A stretch of DNA of 48,090 bases, filler included, from Basidiobolus ranarum (lineage: Eukaryota): NCBI GenBank assembly GCA_040143965.1. It is 2 parts of 2 records of this genome, joined end to end, with 100 filler letters (N's around TTAATTAATTAA, not from the genome) between each part and the next. Parts side by side here need not be neighbours in the genome. Positions count along the whole stretch, not along the records: positions 1 to 24,022 come from JASJQH010000158.1; positions 24,123 to 48,090 come from JASJQH010000159.1. One strand, 5' to 3'. Position numbers and translations under genes: made by a program. Shown one piece after another: positions 12,201-25,749 of the stretch; positions within the stretch are counted from its first letter, which is position 1; every line of letters begins with the position of its first letter. The notes under the pieces are model-generated. The model made no database searches. It saw nothing but the letters and a program-made list of their open reading frames with translations, and was not told the DNA's origin.

Positions 12201-13885
12201 CGTATTAGATCTAAACGATGACTGATATCAATTCCTACCACAGCTTCAATCAACGTAAGAAATGCCTTGTCTAGGCCAACTGTCTCGGATCCGTCCACTA
12301 CTCTGTAGCTAGGTAATTTACTCCAGAACAGATCATCTCTGTATCCAAAGAATAACGCACAGCAAACTAAGCGATAGTGAGCATCCAGCTTTTGCGAGGT
12401 TTCCTTTGGTGCAATGTAAGTCGAAAGAAATTAAGTCATTCAAAAGCTGCGCACTACCTTGTCAAAGAGCTTTCCAATATGCTTCTGAATTGAACGCTCG
12501 CTTAGATGTAAATTTCGGGGATCCAAAAACAAGGAAAACCAAGGCCACCACACTTTATACTCTGTTAATATTACTAGAACCTCGGTAATAAGTATCTAGA
12601 ATTAATCCATTTAGCGTAGATTTCCGTGGGAATACCTTCAACTGATGCATCGGACGAGGTCCAGATTTTGAAGCAGCGCTCCAGAATATTTACAACTTCC
12701 TCCAGTCCCTCCTGAAGGAATGTACTGTGGGAGCGATACCACTGTGAATCATACAAGTTTAAAAAAATATAGAAACTCCTGATATAGATTCTGGGCATTA
12801 CCTCTTTTAGCTGCTTCACAATACGAATAGACTCCTGAACAATGGTGATGACTTCGAACTTTAAACTCTCCGACTGGCTAGATCCATGTTCTTTAGCGTT
12901 CGTTGCGATATCATCGGAAACTGTTAACGAAGATGAGGCAATAATTCTTCGTGAAATATGTAAAGCTATAGTTGCTGCGGTAGTCGTAAGTGTCGTAGCT
13001 GTTATGGCTCCATCCACCTCGAGCTTACTAGGATATCTCTTTAGTTCTGGCTCAAATTCTCTATATATAGTACAACAATCAATTCAAATACCTATCCTTC
13101 TGCATTATGGTAACAAGAGCGGATATAAAGAGTGTAGAAGCACCAACACTAAAAAAATCTTCTAGGAAACGAGGGGTTTGTGTTAACAATAATTTATTGC
13201 ACCTAATAAGTATGACTATGGTGTTTTTACTACCTTGACTATCTGTAATTTCTTGAATACCGACTCCCTCGATTTTACGATTCATAGGAGTTTTCTCCGC
13301 TTCATTGAGCAAATGATCCAAAAGTAACACAACACTTAGTTTACTCCGCTTATCTGTACCTTGAAGTTGCTCTATCAAAGCTGCTTGAAAAATATCATGA
13401 ATAGGACTTCTAGCGAACCAACTCAAAATTCGTAGAGCTGCTTTTTTTTCTTCGCTCTTTTCCCTTCTTAAAAGCTAGAAAATAGTTTCAGTAAAATACA
13501 CTAGTAAGTGCGGATTTTATCCCAGCATTAAGAGGTCAAGTACCTTAGTCTCTAACGGATTCATAATTTCTATCAAGTTTTTGCGTTTTTGCATGACACT
13601 TGAACCCACTGAACCATTCACAGAGTCTATTAGGGATTTGAGTGCCAAAGTTATGGGTGCTTTCATAAATATGTTATTATACATTCAACTAGATACACAG
13701 AGAAGTAAAATAGTTTCATTACTATTGTCATGCTTTGTTGACTTGGTGGCAGAGTTGAATGCCTGCTCATTAGTATTCAATAGTAGATATAGAGCCTTTC
13801 CAAGTGTGAGATCTTTTCTCTCCTTCACAGTCAACTCTGAATCGGTTTGTTGGAAATGCTTAGTCTTTAGATCTAGAAATACCAT
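9222..13885 (-). CDS. Large multi-exon ARM/HEAT-repeat protein of unknown function
   Basis: Chain of minus-strand exons with GT-AG introns encoding a Leu-rich helical protein. Motifs include LFLRLHPLLILK, LEFPQIRTMALEILARIP, KLQLGCIDTLSLML, CMANVIV, AACFQVAY and GSLKLLMSLLAA. The start codon and some junctions are approximate. Confidence 0.7.
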
Positions 13886-14313
13886 GTCTTATTCTATATT
13901 GAAGTTCTATCAGCCAAAAGAGAAATATGGTTTCACCAACACCGTTGGAGTGATTTGACATTCATTGTAATCGAAAGTTTTAATCATCAGTGATCATCAA
14001 CACTGAATCTTCATTTATCATAGAAAATGATATAGAGCTTTGGAATGTAGGACCAATTCTAAGCATTTACAAATCAATGAATAGAATCAACCACACATGC
14101 ATACAATTCCACTATTTTTAGCGAACAGATAGAATCCTCGACTTGTATAAATATAGACAGCTCTCATTGGAAGAATTTTCAACAGTCCAACTGCCTCCAG
14201 AGATTTCACCTGCTGTCGTCATTTCTTTCACTAGGTCAGACAACTTGCTCCACACTTTAATCCATTATCACGGGGCTCTTTCTTCACAAAAGTGATACAA
14301 GTCAATAAGAAAT

Positions 14314-16100
14314 ATGTCGCAAATGGAAAATCCAACCAACAACGAAGTAACTCACTTACAAACGGTTCTTCAAGAACAGAAAGACCAGATTAACCGTCTC
14401 ACCGAAAAACTTCGTGTATTTGGAAAGCAACAAAAAGAGTCTGCTGCTGAACTAAATGTATTTTATCTTTATAATATATTCTTAATTTCTTTCACTTTCG
14501 ACTTGATATAGTCACCGACACTTGGAAACTGAAAATAACCTGGTTTTTTCGTTCTCTTTTTACCAAACCTTATAGGCTCGTGACCAAATATTGACTCAAG
14601 TCGAACAAGGTGAAAAATGTATGAACAACTCTCTTGAATATCAACTGAACCAAGTAAGGATAATTTGCTTCCTCATGGACTTTTTATCCTTCCATAACTA
14701 ATCATTCTTCACAGAACCGCAAAAGTAAAGCTGATCTTGAAGGAAGTACTGCTGCTATCCTGTCCGATACTGACAATGTAGAAGAACTCAAAAAACTACT
14801 AAATGAATATGTTCAGCGCTCACAAGATCAAGAGCGCTCCATCAAAAGACTGCAATTTGATTTGGAAATGGAGATCGGTCACGTTAATATTTTGCGTCAC
14901 GAAAACCAAACGTTGAAGCAGTTAACAGTTGATATGGTTGGTTGTTGTTTACACATGACTATTCAATTATGATGTATTAAGTAAGTTCTCCTAGCATGCA
15001 TCAGCCGAGCAAGAGGAGGAGTATATCTCCAATAAGCTACTTAAAAGCATTGCCAATCTCAAGAAAGAAAAGGCTGAATTGCTGGTTCAGGTTGAACGAG
15101 AGGAGGAATATCTTACCAACACCTTACAACGAAAATTGACACAGGTACTAAACCATTTGAATTCATATCTTTTAAATCTTAGCTAACAGTGGTCTGTCCT
15201 GAAGCTTCAAAAAGAAAAAATCGACCTTGAGAATGCTCTTGAGCAGGAACAAGAGTTCATGGTCAACAGACTCCAAAAGCAGCTAGATGGATTGCGTTTG
15301 GAACAATCGCAAAAGGATTTGGGAACGAGCCCACCATCACCATCTCTTTCATCGTCACCCCCAGCGTAAGTTATATCTCTATGTAAAGCACCACTTTCTC
15401 TTAATAATTACTAACACTATATACAGTCACAGATGGAGACCTACACATTCGCCATCCTCTTCTGATGTTAGTGTTTCATCCCATGCTGTTACTGAAGTTT
15501 TGAAGGCTGAAGTGACTGCTCTACGTATAAAGCAAACTGAGCTCGAAAAAGAATGTATGCTCAACATGCTAGTTGAAGTATATTTACATGCATAATTGCT
15601 AACCATCATCACTTGTAGTTACTGCCACATACAACCAACTCAAGATTTACAAGAATGAATTGATTGAATTGCGCAAGAAATGCCAACTTCCTGTAGATGA
15701 CCTTTTATCTGAAAGGTAGGTTACCTTTTGCTGTTCTTGAGAAAATCATTTACTCACTTTGTGTGCTTCAAGCGCTGTTCCTTCATTTATGCGATTCAAC
15801 AATGCGTCTTCAAAGCATGTAAGTTGCCCCATATTCACCAACGTTTATTAAATCGAGATATTAATCATATTTGAATATAGCGCACCAGACGTTCAATGTC
15901 CAGTGGAGATCAAACCCAAATGTTGAAAACACTTGTTACTCAAGAATTCCAGTTCCCAGCTGGGTCAGTGCCTGCGGAAACCCCGCAAAACTTGGCACCC
16001 ACGTTTGCGCATAAGCCTAGAACCGGTAAGTGGAACAATCTCCCGTATCCCATCCATCATTGGCTTCATTCACTGACATGACATTACTTGGATAGACTGA
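14314..16100 (+). CDS. CCDC6: Coiled-coil protein of the CCDC6/H4 (DUF2046) family, multi-exon
   Basis: Spliced: [74 protein letters not shown], the DUF2046 signature. Confidence 0.85.
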
Positions 16101-16711
16101 TCTCAAGGATATTGATTACTCTATAGGGGTGTGACTTTTGCTTGTTTACTTTCCCAATGGATTGCTCAGCGCTCACCCGATGCCTAGGTTTGAGAATAAT
16201 AAATATAACACAGTATTGAGGATCAGGTGTTAGGTTATGCTCAAATGGATACTTCTTTGCATAAACTAATCAAACCTTCGTCTAACCTATATACCAATAT
16301 TGTCACCAGATTTCTCACTTCGAATGAGCTCAGTTATTTTCGGTTCTTCGGTTCTTAAATTCCCTTAGTGATAGATCAATAAATCAATTTAACTCGACTA
16401 AATGTCTGCTTGATGCCTATTTCTTATTGGTCAAGTGTAAAGCAGGTGAGACTACAGGAACAATGCATTTCATTACCAAGGAGACATTTACACTTTAATA
16501 CGCGTATTTCATATATGGTGAAATATTTTATCGATATTTAAAGATGGCCACCAGAAAACAAGAGAAATTCAAGAAAAATTTGCAAGCACTCATAACACGT
16601 TCGAGAGAAAGATATACCATGAAGACGCACTCAGGCGAATACTTGAGTGAATAATTTGACTTGTTTATTATAGGAAGATACATAAACAATCATTACAGAC
16701 GACTAAATAGA

Positions 16712-17239
<528 letters not shown>

Positions 17240-17547
17240 CTGCTTTGTGACCTTGCGGATACCGAAAGTGAAAGAGGGGGTTCGCATGGATGGCAATTCG
17301 TTTTAAACCTCAATCCCAAAAAAATCAGCAATTTTTAGCATGAGCTGTTATTGGTCCAATACAAATATTTTGTCTGATTTTTCTTGACTAACACAAATTG
17401 CTACAATAAATCAATTAAAACCACCCTGATGTCCACAATCTACGCAGAAAGAGTGGACTAAATCGAAAGCCTGGATATCGAATCCGCTATCGGACTGTTA
17501 TTAAAGATAATATCTGGAAGTTGGTTGATAGTGGTTAGTGTGTTAGT

Positions 17548-19057
17548 ATGGTCGATACAACGCTCAATGAAGGCAAGTGCACACATACATTGTATTCGAG
17601 CTATTTGTAATAGATTCTTACTCTTTATAAAACATTTCTTTGAATATCGTAAATAATAGAGGATCCCAGTCTTTTGGTGATAATACTAGATACAAATCCG
17701 TTCTCTTGGTCCAAGTCAGAGGAATCCGCCACGCCGCTATCCTTCAACACTGCTCAAAGCCATTTACTCATCTTCATACATGCTTATTTATCCTTGAAAC
17801 CAGATAATAGGATTGCCGTTGTAGCCAGTCATTTGGGCACTAGGTCGATTAGTTAATTCAACTTACAAAGATGGTAAACCCAATGCTGACGTTATTTTAT
17901 TTGTACCTGCAGTCGTTTTATCTATCCTACCGAAAAAACTGACTTGGTTGCTCAAAGTGAAGAGACTTCCACTTCCGCTAAGGATGCAAACGTATACCAA
18001 CGCTTTAAATCTATCGATAAACAAATCTCTAAAAATCTTAAAACACTCATCGAATCCGACTTGAATCTTGACTCCTTTCCTGATAAAGGTATGTCAATTG
18101 CCTACGCAAGTTCATGCAATGTTATGATGCTAAGTATCAATATAATTTCTCAGGTTCCTCCGCAATATCTGGGGCTTTTTCAATGGCTCTATGTTGTATC
18201 CTTTTGTTTGAGACAGTCTATTGGGTAAGCGAGAGACTCCTACGTTACGATACTTAACTCTATCATATAGACATCAACCGTATGATGAAGCGTGATGACC
18301 TTGGAAGAATCAAACCTCGATTACTTGTACTCTCCGTTTCTGCCGATTCGCCTTATCAATACATTCCGATTATGAATTGTATCTTTTCAGCACAAAAAGC
18401 GGTACGCACTATTTTAAAAGGCTACTTCAAAATCAACAGAGTATTAATTGCCCACGAGTAGAGTATCCCCATAGATGTATGCAAGATCTATGGAGCAGAT
18501 TCTGCGTTCTTACAACAAGCAGCGTATATTAGTAGTGGTACCTATCTCAAAGCAGAAAACGCATCTGGGCTTTTGCAATATCTTCTGGTTAGTTTAAGGA
18601 AGCAGTAATGTTAAGAAAAATAGGAGGCTAACATGCATTGTTAGTTCACATTTCTTCCTGATCGGTATGTTAGGAACTACTTCTGTTTACCTGGAAAAGA
18701 TCAGGTGGACTTTCGTGCGGCCTGTTTCTGCCACAAAAAGGTGATTGATGTAGGATACGTATGCTCTGTATGTTTATCAAGTAAGTGTTAACCCTGTATG
18801 AAATGTTTGTGTTGAGCCTTAACTAACATTTGCTCTAGTTTTCTGCGGTTTCTCTCCCGTCTGCTCAACATGCAGGTTTGATCTATTTACTGTTTACGTG
18901 TCCATTGTGTAGCTTGTTATTCATCAATCTTTACAACAATAGAACCAAGTTTGAATCGCGAAACGGAATATCCGATGAGCCCCAAATGGTCAAAACTGTC
19001 TTTCAGAATGGACTGGCACCAACCACCAATGGTACATCTTTGCCCAGTAATTCTTGA
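17548..19057 (+). CDS. TFB4: TFIIH subunit Tfb4/p34 (GTF2H3), 9 exons
   Basis: PSLLVIILDTNPFSW, NRIAVVASH, SMALC/YINR, QYIPIMNCIFSAQK, IPIDVC, FLQQAAYISSGTYL, VDFRAACFCHKKVIDVGYVCSVCLS/IFCGFSPVCSTC. Confidence 0.96.
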
Positions 19058-19435
19058 GTTCTCCTCGTCCCACCAATATAGAGCTGCTCGTGATCTGCTC
19101 GTGATACACGAAGATATATGTTCATCATTGTATTTAGTTTATGGTGCTTCGAAGGAAATCCGCATTATGATACTGTCTAGCTTATGTTGTTTATTTTGTA
19201 TGACTACCAGAGATAATGATTAAAAACTGAGATCTGCAATTAGGATCTTGATTAAACTATCTTTTTTTTTTAAATACCCTCGGGAATCAATTTCTTTCAC
19301 GCAGCAAAGTCCAAAATACATGAATAGGTTTTTTTTTTCTTTTTTAACAAATATCTTGGATAAAAAAATTGCTTCTAAGTATTGTTAGAGTTTCCTTGTG
19401 AATTGTAAACTTTCTTCCTTTTAGCTACTAACAAG

Positions 19436-20340
19436 ATGGTATGTTTGAATAAGCAATAGTTAGGAACCATTCACAAACAGATAGAACTAAATACCATGCT
19501 ATCATACAGGGTAAAGCCAAGAAAACGAGACAATTCGGGCTTGTAAAGCGTATGATTAATCCTAAGGATGCTAGATTGTAAGTGGACTTTAGTCGGTTTT
19601 GTATTATCTTGTCACACTCTAAACCTGGTGTTTTTAGGAAGGAGAATCAAGAGAAATTGAAGAAAAAGGAAGAGGAGAAGGAAAAGAGTTTGGTTAATCA
19701 CATGTAAGTTTCAAACTCTACGTTCAATTTCTCCGCCTTTCAATTATTCAAACGATTCTTTTAGCCCTCAAGTTGCCTCTTCTCTCTTCTTCCGTTACAA
19801 CACAGCTCTGGGACCTCCTTATCATGTGCTGGTCGATACCAATTTCATCAATTTCTCCATCCAAAACAAGTTAGAACTTGTCAAGTCTATGATGGACTGT
19901 CTCTATGCCAAGTGTATCCCTTGCATCACTGACTGTGTCATGGCTGAATTGGAAAAACTTGGACCCAAATATCGCGTTGCGCTCAGGTAATTATTGAGGA
20001 GTCGTCTTTACAAAAGTCAATCTATGTACTGATTATTTGCTCTACAGAGTGGCGAGAGATCCTCGTTTCGAGAAGCTTCCTTGTTCTCACAAAGGTACCT
20101 ATGCTGATGACTGCTTAGTTAACCGTGTTATGCAAGTAAGTGGTTTTTCGACCTAATATTTGTTTTGTAACCTGATGATTAATGTCCCGTTTCTAGCATA
20201 AATGCTACATCGTGGCCACTTGTGATCGCGACTTGAAGCGTCGTATTCGTAAAATCCCTGGTATCCCAATCATGTATATCGCTCAGCATAAATATACCAT
20301 TGAAAGATTACCTGAAGCCTATGGCGCGCCAAATATCTAA
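19436..20340 (+). CDS. FCF1: rRNA-processing PIN endonuclease Fcf1/Utp24, 6 coding exons
   Basis: [24 protein letters not shown]...[59 protein letters not shown]...[11 protein letters not shown]...[24 protein letters not shown]. The first coding exon is only the ATG. Confidence 0.97.
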
Positions 20341-21180
20341 ATTTTAGTTAGGCCTGGCTAGACTCACCACCCTGCTTTATTCATTTTCTACCAACTGAAA
20401 TAATTTGCAATGTAATATGTTTTTCTCTTTCGCACCGTTGTTACCTCGCTCCGTTCCCATCCCCTCTCCGTCCCAGTCCGCGTCAATTCTTGTGTTCTTC
20501 ATTTCTCAATAAACTCTAATCATAGAAACTATGGTGATACTATTTCCTACTTTTACTGATTCTCTAATAAATAAAATAGGGGCTATATTTAGTAGGATCC
20601 AGCTAAGATCTGATTAGTCTAAGCGTTTATTTATGCCCAGAAAAACTTGTTCACCATCAATAGGACTTTTCAAGGCATCCCTAACAACAAATACACTTGG
20701 ATAGAAAGTCTGCTTTTGTATTAGGGGCTAATAGTACGCGGCCATATTCACTGATTTCTCGAAGTTAGGCCACACCCACCCTTGATCTTATATATTGAAC
20801 TGAACGCGAAACTTTCTTGTCATATATCTCTTGGGTTTTTTTTGTTTTGTATTTATATCTTTCTTGTGTCCTTGCCTTTGTTCTATAGAATAACAAACTC
20901 AACGTAGCCTTTTGAAAGGGTAATATTCATACTAGTTGTTACACCTAGCTCGTTTTGTAAACAACTTTCGGTGCTTGTTAAGGATACGTACTCGATTCCC
21001 TTGTGTTTACACTTTGATAATTGCAGTGGGAGCCTATCTTGACCGGGCTGACTTTTTGACTTGACTGATTCAGAGAGATTGACTTGGATCCCCTCTATGA
21101 TCCACTTTTACAGTCCTTACTCCCTCATATTTTAAGAAAGTACTAGAGACCCAATTCTCTCATAGCAACCTATTGAAAAC

Positions 21181-24022
21181 ATGGCATTGTTCCGGAAGAA
21201 AAAACTCAAGCACAATAGTACCTCCACGGAATACGGTGATTTAGAAGAGCTAAGCTCTCCTGTTGGTAGCTCTTCCGGTATATCTCCAAGAACCCCCAAT
21301 AATCCTAGGTCTACGTTGAATGCACCAAATTCTTCAGGAACTCGTGGCTTGGGTAGAAGTCCCACCATCATGTCCAAAAATACTTTAAGTCCTACTCATT
21401 ATTCGGAGATTTCTGATGACCCTGAATATGAATATTTAATGAAGAACTCGGAGGCTTTAGCTGAAGAACTAGAGAAATTGATCGTAAGTTAAGCAATCCC
21501 CTTTTCTGTTTCATATTACTTTATGCTAATTCAATGAACAGGAATCTATGGGAATGGATGAAGCAACTAAAAACGCCATGCGAAATCTATCCGATGAAAA
21601 TAAAGTGAAAATCATCATATCAAAACGTCAAATGGCCATTGACGAGGTAAAGTCTACCCAAGTTTTTTAAAAGTTTGGTTTTTATACTGATTCAAGTTTT
21701 CTTATGGACTCAGAATAAAGCCGCACCAGATCACTATATTCGTAAATTCTCCAAGGAGGATCTTCGGAGTATCGGATTGAAGAGCATTAAAAGCTTGAGA
21801 GTTTCTTTGAGTACTCGTCCTATAGGGTAAGTTTAGCTCCTTAATAACGAATCAAACTAGTTTAACAAAATATGTTCTTGTAGATGGGTGCGTCAGTACC
21901 TTGAACTTGGAGGATTTCGCTTGATTTCCAAGTGGATTTTTAATCTTGCTGGCACTAGAAATGGGTAAATAGATTTGTTAGCATATTATTAAATGTTCTT
22001 GTATTCGAACTAATTGGGGTTGGTTTGAATTCATCTAGACGAAAAGAGATGGAGGAACAGGTCGAATATGAGCTTGTCAAGTGTGTGGGTTCGATACTTA
22101 ACACGAAGGTTAGTATTTTGTTGCACTGTAAATTACTTGGATAAAGGGTTTTCTTTAACTCTCCTTTCTTATGGGTCAATAGTGGGGTGTCCAAGAGGCT
22201 TTAGCAACTCCAGAGTGCATTATGAACGTAGCATATTCCTTAGATGCCACCCTCATACATACTCGTAAACTCGCAGTAGAGTTATTGACGTTCATGTGTT
22301 ATTGTGAAATTCCCAAAGGCTGTAGTTACGTACTAAAGGGAATGGACCAAGTAACGAAAGCGCGTGGATATCATCTACGCTTCGAAACTTGGTTGAAATC
22401 CCTGGAAGCCACCATCGACGGTCGTGGTATTCTAGGTTCACTGGTCAAAGCTAGTGAGGAAATTCGACGGGCCGGTGGAGCAGATCGAGAACTTGTTGAG
22501 TATGTTCTATCCAACATGATATTGCTCAATGGTATCTTGTACGCGTATGATGAGGTGGAGATGCGTACTCATTTGAGAAATCAACTTCATGCTGCTGGCT
22601 TGGGTAGGGTATTGAAGAAAATTCGAGTCTTCGCCAATGACCTTATTCTGATCCAACTGGACAAATTCGACGATCTTACTGAAAATGATTACCTCGAGTT
22701 ACGGGAGTTTTGTAACCACCAGGTACTGAAGGACATGTCCGATCCGTCCGAGGTCTTTCATGCAGTGTTGGAGTCGGTCGCTAACACCAAGGGCTACTCA
22801 TATCTACTCTCCATATTGCAGCATTTGCTAATCATACGCGATGATGACAACAATGAGGAAAACAGAATCAAATACTTCGAACTTGCTGACACCCTGATCA
22901 CTCAGATGGTATTGGACCGTCGTGGTTACGATCAAGATTTCTCAACTACCTATGGCGTTTCGGTGGAGTCCATCCTCTCCAGATTAGGTGATGATGAGAA
23001 ACTTCAACAGGCACTCAAGATCGCCAAAGAAGCAGAGAAGGTGGCTGAAGAGGCTACTGCGCGAAAAAATGACCTCGAACTGGAGATCGCCATGAAGTCT
23101 GACGGCCTGGTCGGAATTTTGAAATCGAAGATCTATTCTTTAGAGGACTTGGTTCGCATGTCCCGTTACACCATAGAAGCATTGGAAGATGAAAATAAGG
23201 ATCTTCGAAGCCAATACCGTAGTAAACTTACCAAGCAAGCAGCCCAATTAAAGGAACTTTACCAAATGATCCGTGATGGTCATCGAAGCAACATAACCCT
23301 TCCTCCCTCTGATGGTACAATCGAAATCGGGAAATTTGTTGCTGCCAACGATAGAGAACAAAAGCTACAAGATGAGGTCAAGCGATTGAAAAGTGAACAA
23401 AACACCATTCGCGAACAGATGGTTACTTTAAAAGCACAAATCAAGCGATCTCGTCATAGCTCCCAATCTAGACAAACGCGGAAACAAAGTTTATTGGAAA
23501 TGTCCGATTCAGAAGACTCCAACATTGACTCCTCTATTCATTCATTCATATTAGTTGACCACAAAGATCAGGATTTGTTGGATGATTCTGAGGATACTTC
23601 CACTGAGGAGCCTCTTTATACCCTCATGCCCAAACGAAACCCCAGTTACAATAAAGATCAGCCTTCATCCAAGTTGATACCTGTGTCAGGTGACTCTGTA
23701 GCACATAGTAGAGTTACAGACCTTGAGTCCACGCCGTCTGCTTCTGAGGCTGAAGAAACCGATAAGCAGGAAGTTGATGTAAACAAAAGAATCAACTCAT
23801 CTGCCACACCCGGATCGAAGGAATCGTTCAATATTCCAAATGAGTCATTAAATAGTAATGCCTTGGGGGCATCACCCGCATCAAGTGAGCCTAGCTCTGC
23901 ATCTCTACCTTCGCCACTACCACTCTCTATTAGTACACCAGGCGGACTTCCATCTGGCTCTGTTCTACCACCACCACCACCTCCACCACCACCCCCTATG
24001 GGCACTCCAGGGGGGCTTCCTT
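21181..24022 (+). CDS. Diaphanous-related formin (GBD/FH3, coiled coil, start of FH1), truncated by assembly gap
   Basis: LRVSLSTRPIRWVRQYLELGG, RKLAVELLTFMCY, EMRTHLRNQLHAAGL, GYSYLLSILQHLLII, YFELADTLITQMVLD and a polyproline FH1 run directly before the Ns. Confidence 0.9.
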
Positions 24023-24122
24023 NNNNNNNNNNNNNNNNNNNNNNNNNNNNNNNNNNNNNNNNNNNNTTAATTAATTAANNNNNNNNNNNNNNNNNNNNNN
24101 NNNNNNNNNNNNNNNNNNNNNN
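24023..24122. other. 100-nt assembly gap containing an artificial TTAATTAATTAA linker
   Basis: N runs flank ttaattaattaa (24067-24078), a self-complementary spacer with stop codons in all six frames. Confidence 0.95.
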
Positions 24123-25164
24123 TCATCCTTACCCTCCCTTACCCTTACCAGAACATCTATAACCTACGTCTACACCATCTGGTGCTTTTCATCCCCCCTA
24201 TGGGGAGAAAAGAGGTAGGATGAGATTCTGAAACTCTTGGAGCTATCATCCTCAAATTTTTGTTAGGAATACTCTGACTAAATAGCAAAGAAAATCATGC
24301 CCAACACCTCAGTCCAAAGAGGAAAGTTAACCCTACCAGGAAGCCTAAGGAAAATTGCAATCTAAGTTTCAATTGCCAAATAGGAGCTCACACTCTGAGT
24401 TTTTGGAAAGCATTGATATAAACATTACAGCTGATAAACTTAATGCAACTATCAATAAATCACAATCAACCAGCCATGGTGTTAGCTTGAGAAGCAGTAA
24501 TAGATATTACAAAGCTATGGGGAATATTTCACTTCCAAAGTAGGTCAACAATCAGGACCAGCCTTTAATGCTTTTCTGCTGAAACTGGCAAGACTTGTAC
24601 CAAGTATAACTCATGAAGAAAACTTGTAGGAGAAACTAAATTGATAATGGCATATCAATTAAGAATTCCCACTGCTATGGAAGAAAAACCTCAGTAGGGG
24701 TACACTAATTGAATGATATATTTGTTTTGAGCTGCCAAAATAATGTAACATAGGAGATATTACTCTACATACCATGACTCAATGTAATATAGATGAGTAG
24801 ATAAATGTAGTCAAACTATAATAAATAAAAATCAAAGTATTTGATTATGTGCTGTGAGGCTCATCCAATCAAACTTGAGTCCATTGGTCATTAAATATGG
24901 ATACATTCCTATACTGTCAAAATATATTAGAGACTGATGTTGTTAATGTTACTTTGTGGAGATTAGTATATAAGCTAATTATAGTACACACCACCTGGTG
25001 CTTTTCATCCCCCTCCCTAAGTGATTTGCAGAACAAGGGAAATTGGTGATTTTCACTTATTGATTTGTTCAGTAGAAGTTGTCACTTATAGATTTATCAA
25101 GACATAAGCAAAGAAACATGTAGGATGTGTTAAGAAAGTTCTAAGGAATTTGTATGTAAAGTTC
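24123..25164. mobile_element. Probable degenerate transposon or repeat relic
   Basis: No CpG from 24169 to 25164. A 26-bp direct repeat (1 mismatch) sits at 24172-24197 and 24988-25013. Frames are full of stops and the region abuts a gap. Confidence 0.55.
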
Positions 25165-25749
25165 CGGGCTTCTAGTACAAATTTGAAATAACCATTCTTC
25201 TGAGAACTTCTAAGTTTGTAAAAATATTTCAAGTAAATTCCGATTGAGAATAGTGAGTGATATCTTAGTTCAATACAGGATAACGAAGTACTAAGCCATA
25301 TATGCCTATATCGGTGCTTAGACAATGCTAATTTCAACAATGTTTAAATTCATGGCAGCATCAGTGCGTTGGGCAATATGGAAAGTACAGTTGCCAAGGT
25401 ACAACTGCGGTATTTGGAAATTAAGCTCAGCTACAATTTTGGTGTATGGTTCCCAATTTTATTGAATGTAAATAGTGATCAGATATTACCAATGATTGGG
25501 CGAAGTGGATTACTCTTGAAACTGAGTAGAGACGCAAGGGTAAATATAATGGGGAATGAACAAATGAGCAACACTACAAAATGCTCAGAGCAAACTGATT
25601 TCAAGATTTTGATGAGGCTCGTGAATGTTTGCACTAACCATGGCCATGGCTAGGAATGGGGAAATAGATTAGATGACTATGAATAAATGTTGGATGCTAC
25701 TGACACGTATCCTAGATGATAGATGGATGAAACTTGGCCACCCAGGACA

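Noticed and set aside
17255-17262. GTATCCGC upstream of RPL40 as a possible U12 donor
   Set aside because: It lacks the TT at +7/+8, and the intron has a canonical U2 TACTAAC branch point.
18781-18838. CCTTAAC U12-like branch sequence in a later TFB4 intron
   Set aside because: The donor is canonical GTAAGT and an overlapping CTAAC serves as a U2 branch. A U12-to-U2 conversion cannot be supported from this alone.
24067-24078. TTAATTAATTAA palindrome
   Set aside because: Embedded in Ns. It is an artificial scaffolding linker, not biological sequence.
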